A stretch of DNA of 63,657 bases, filler included. It is 3 parts of 3 records of this genome, joined end to end, with 100 filler letters (N's around TTAATTAATTAA, not from the genome) between each part and the next. Parts side by side here need not be neighbours in the genome. Positions count along the whole stretch, not along the records: positions 55,275 to 63,657 come from SRR31156797_539; 2 more parts are not named here. The stretch is one strand, 5' to 3'. Positions 60,727 through 63,657 of the stretch are shown piece by piece. The notes under the pieces were generated by a model, which had not been told where the DNA came from, made no database searches, and was given only the letters and a program-made list of their open reading frames with translations. Within the stretch, counting starts at the first letter, position 1. Every line of letters starts with the position of its first letter. Both the position numbers and the translations under genes were made by a program.

Positions 60727-61341
60727 ATGCATATTGCAGTAGCCGGTAATATTGGATCCGGAAAAACAACATTAACAGAACTTTTAGCCAAACAATATAA
60801 ATGGGATGCACATTATGAAGATGTGGATGAAAATCCTTATTTGAACGATTTCTATGATGACATGCAAAGATGGTCGTTCAATCTGCAAATCTATTTTTTA
60901 AAAAGTAGGTTTAATCAAATTATGGAAATCCGTAATTCGGGTAAAAATGTTGTACAAGATCGTACAATCTACGAAGATGCAATGATTTTTGCTCCCAATC
61001 TTTTCGATATGGGCTTAATGTCGGAACGTGATTTTCAAAACTATTGTAATTTATTCCAATTGATGGGCTCAATGGTTCAAGCTCCTGATTTGTTGATTTA
61101 TTTAAAATCATCTGTTCCAACATTAGTAAGTCAGATTCAGAAACGTGGTCGCGATTATGAGGAAACCATTCGTTTAGATTATCTTAAAAATCTAAATGAC
61201 CGATATGAAAAATGGATTAGTGAATACACTCAGGGAAACCTTCTGATTATTGATGCAGATAATATTGATTTTCTTGACAATCCTGCTGATTTAAACAGCA
61301 TTGTAGATAAAGTAGAAGCTAAAATTCACGGATTGTTCTAA
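60727..61341 (+). CDS. Deoxynucleoside kinase, copy 2
   Basis: AGNIGSGKTT, QDRTIYED, RGRDYE. Confidence 0.92.
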   Translation: MHIAVAGNIGSGKTTLTELLAKQYKWDAHYEDVDENPYLNDFYDDMQRWSFNLQIYFLKSRFNQIMEIRNSGKNVVQDRTIYEDAMIFAPNLFDMGLMSERDFQNYCNLFQLMGSMVQAPDLLIYLKSSVPTLVSQIQKRGRDYEETIRLDYLKNLNDRYEKWISEYTQGNLLIIDADNIDFLDNPADLNSIVDKVEAKIHGLF

Positions 61342-61991
61342 AAACGATAGAACAATCCTACTGACAATTCAGGGAGAGATATTTTATCAAAACCTAAGAA
61401 ATATTGATAGGTCTCTCCATACTCATCCTTTGCCGAAACCGAATCTGGAAAATTAGGAATGTAGGTAAATCGTAAATTCATATCAAAGCTCCAGCTATCT
61501 GATAAATGATATAAAAATCCCACGTTAGGAGCCAATCCTACCTTGTTTTCTGTTATCGTTCTATCCTGATTACTTGTTCCGCCTGAAGTAGCCGTAAAAT
61601 CAACCTTATTTCGATAATAGTAGTATCCAAAAGCCAATGATGCATAGGGTCTGAAATCTCGATCCCAACTGTCGAAATAATACGAAGCTCGTAGCAGAGC
61701 CGAACCAATATTGTAATCGACATTATATTTTCCCAAATGACTTCCATCCCAAAACTTATCCTGTCCCAATAAACTATAGGATAATTCTGCTCCAACACTT
61801 AATTTCTTGTTCAACATTTTTTGAGCAGTTAAACGAAAAGAATGACCAGCTTTCGCCTGATCACCAAAATCTCCCAATGGATATTGATAGCCTAAAGATG
61901 CTCCAATAAAATAAGTTTGATCTTTATAATATTGTGAATATCCTGATACCGAAAGAATAGTAAAACACAGAATTAGAACAAAGTTTCTCAT
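61338..61991 (-). CDS. Outer-membrane beta-barrel protein
   Basis: Signal peptide, FRPY strand, terminal YRF. Confidence 0.78.
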   Translation of the reverse strand: MRNFVLILCFTILSVSGYSQYYKDQTYFIGASLGYQYPLGDFGDQAKAGHSFRLTAQKMLNKKLSVGAELSYSLLGQDKFWDGSHLGKYNVDYNIGSALLRASYYFDSWDRDFRPYASLAFGYYYYRNKVDFTATSGGTSNQDRTITENKVGLAPNVGFLYHLSDSWSFDMNLRFTYIPNFPDSVSAKDEYGETYQYFLGFDKISLPELSVGLFYRF

Positions 61992-62070
61992 GACAATAGA
62001 ATATGATATAAAAAAATGAGGTGAAAGTTACAAAATAACTGACACCTCATTAAATCTATAGAAATATTTC

Positions 62071-63261
62071 TTACTCAATCACTTTCAATTCTTTTCCAAT
62101 CTTAATGAAAGCAGCTAAAGCCTTATCTAAATGAGCTTGTTCGTGAGCTGCAGAAAGTTGAATACGAATTCTAGCTTGTCCTTTTGGTACAACCGGATAA
62201 TAGAATCCAATTACATAAATTCCTTCATCTAATAATTTAGCAGCAAATTGCTGAGACAATACCGCATCGTAAAGCATCAAAGCATTAATAGCAGAATCAG
62301 ATGGCTTAACATCGAAACCTGCATCCAATAAGCCTTTCTTAAAATATTGTGCGTTAGAAATTACCTTATCGCGCAATTCCGTTGACTCTGTCAACATATC
62401 GAATACTGCAATAGAAGCACCTACAATTACCGGAGACAATGAATTTGAGAACAAATATGGACGAGAACGCTGACGTAACATATCAATTACTTCTGCCTTA
62501 CCAGTTGTAAATCCACCAAGTGCTCCACCCAATGCTTTTCCTAATGTTGAAGTAATGATATCAACACGATCCATACAGTTGTGATACTCGTGAGTTCCAC
62601 GACCCGTTTTTCCAATAAATCCAGAAGCGTGGCTATCGTCAACCATTACCAATGCATTGTACTTATCTGCCAAGTCACAAATCTCGTTCAAACGAGCAAT
62701 GTCACCATCCATAGAAAAAACACCATCGGTAACGATGATACGGAAACGCTGAGCTTGAGAAACTTTTAATTGTTCTTCCAAATCAGCCATATCAGCGTGC
62801 TTGTAACGGTAGCGAGCAGCTTTACACAAACGAACTCCATCAATAATAGAAGCGTGATTCAACTCATCAGAGATGATTGCGTCATCTTTTGTGAATAATG
62901 GTTCAAAAACACCACCATTTGCATCGAAAGCAGCAGCATATAGAATGGTATCTTCCATTCCGAAAAATTTTGCAATTTTCTCTTCCAGTTCTTTGTGGAT
63001 ATCAGTTGTACCACAAATAAAACGAACTGATGACATTCCATATCCGTGAGAATCCAATGCTTTTTTAGCACCTTCCATAACACGTGGATGAGACGATAAA
63101 CCTAAATAGTTATTCGCGCAAAAATTCAATACGCTTTCACCAGTATTAACTTTAATTTCCGCTCCCTGAGGAGTAGTAATTACTCTTTCGTTTTTGTACA
63201 AACCAGCATCTTTAATGCCTTGAATCTCTTCTGCAAGATAGTCTTTGAATTTTCCGTACAT
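62071..63261 (-). CDS. kbl: Glycine C-acetyltransferase (2-amino-3-ketobutyrate CoA ligase)
   Basis: [38 protein letters not shown]. Confidence 0.95.
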   Translation of the reverse strand: MYGKFKDYLAEEIQGIKDAGLYKNERVITTPQGAEIKVNTGESVLNFCANNYLGLSSHPRVMEGAKKALDSHGYGMSSVRFICGTTDIHKELEEKIAKFFGMEDTILYAAAFDANGGVFEPLFTKDDAIISDELNHASIIDGVRLCKAARYRYKHADMADLEEQLKVSQAQRFRIIVTDGVFSMDGDIARLNEICDLADKYNALVMVDDSHASGFIGKTGRGTHEYHNCMDRVDIITSTLGKALGGALGGFTTGKAEVIDMLRQRSRPYLFSNSLSPVIVGASIAVFDMLTESTELRDKVISNAQYFKKGLLDAGFDVKPSDSAINALMLYDAVLSQQFAAKLLDEGIYVIGFYYPVVPKGQARIRIQLSAAHEQAHLDKALAAFIKIGKELKVIE

Positions 63262-63565
63262 GTGTATTGTTGTTTTAGATGTTTATTTCATTTGAAATTT
63301 CCAATCCAAAATTACAATAAAATTTGTCTTGTCCTTAAGTGATAAACTGTTTTTTATATGCGTTTTTTTTATCTATCCAGTAATCCTTACTGCTAATTGC
63401 TAAAATTTCCTCTAATATTACTAATTCCTTAATGAGACATCATCGATATTGATAAACAGACACATAGATCTTATTTTTATGAATTACTCAATCTAACCGA
63501 TGAAAAAAAATGATCTTTTTTGAAAATATTTTGAAATAGCTGTTGGATTATTGAGTAAAACCTGT

Positions 63566-63573
63566 TAGTTTTG
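63566..63573 (+). promoter_or_regulatory. Bacteroidota -7 promoter element upstream of a tRNA
   Basis: TAGTTTTG matches TAnnTTTG. Confidence 0.55.
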
Positions 63574-63639
63574 CATCGCAATTTTCATCAAGAACGTAGT
63601 TCAAATGTGAGCTACAGAAGAAAATTAAGGAGTTTATAC

Positions 63640-63657
63640 TCCTCCTTAGCTCAGCTG
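63640..63657 (+). tRNA. 5' start of a tRNA (probably Asn), cut by the window end
   Basis: TCCTCCT-TAGCTCAGCTG acceptor and D-arm start. Identity is inferred from the TCCTC start only; the anticodon is not visible. Confidence 0.65.

Overview
Bacteroidota-type chromosome (Bacteroidales-like; TAnnTTTG promoters, rpoC-DUF3467 synteny), assembled from three contigs joined by artificial 100-bp N/TTAATTAATTAA linkers at 26586-26685 and 55175-55274. Contig 1 (1-26585) is essentially one ~26.5-kb integrative mobilizable element inserted at the anticodon loop of tRNA-Ala(GGC). It carries a tyrosine integrase, an excisionase-like HTH, a type IV coupling protein, a MOBF relaxase-helicase with a candidate oriT and a leading region containing a long hairpin. 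It also carries a second, captured attP-integrase module of proteobacterial character and about six AT-rich candidate anti-phage genes (NDT/TIR-like, HEPN-like pair, AlbA_2, Avs-like STAND, HNH, 2TM-nuclease). Contig 2 holds a small repeat-flanked accessory region, asnA, a carotenoid glycoside-ester cluster and a partial rpoC. Contig 3 is housekeeping (partial tyrS, tandem deoxynucleoside kinases, kbl, start of a tRNA). The most striking unannotated signal is a tandem pair of asparagine-rich leader peptides upstream of asnA, each with its own terminator and antiterminator, which looks like a double Asn-sensing attenuator. All family names come from motif recognition by eye, not from database searches.
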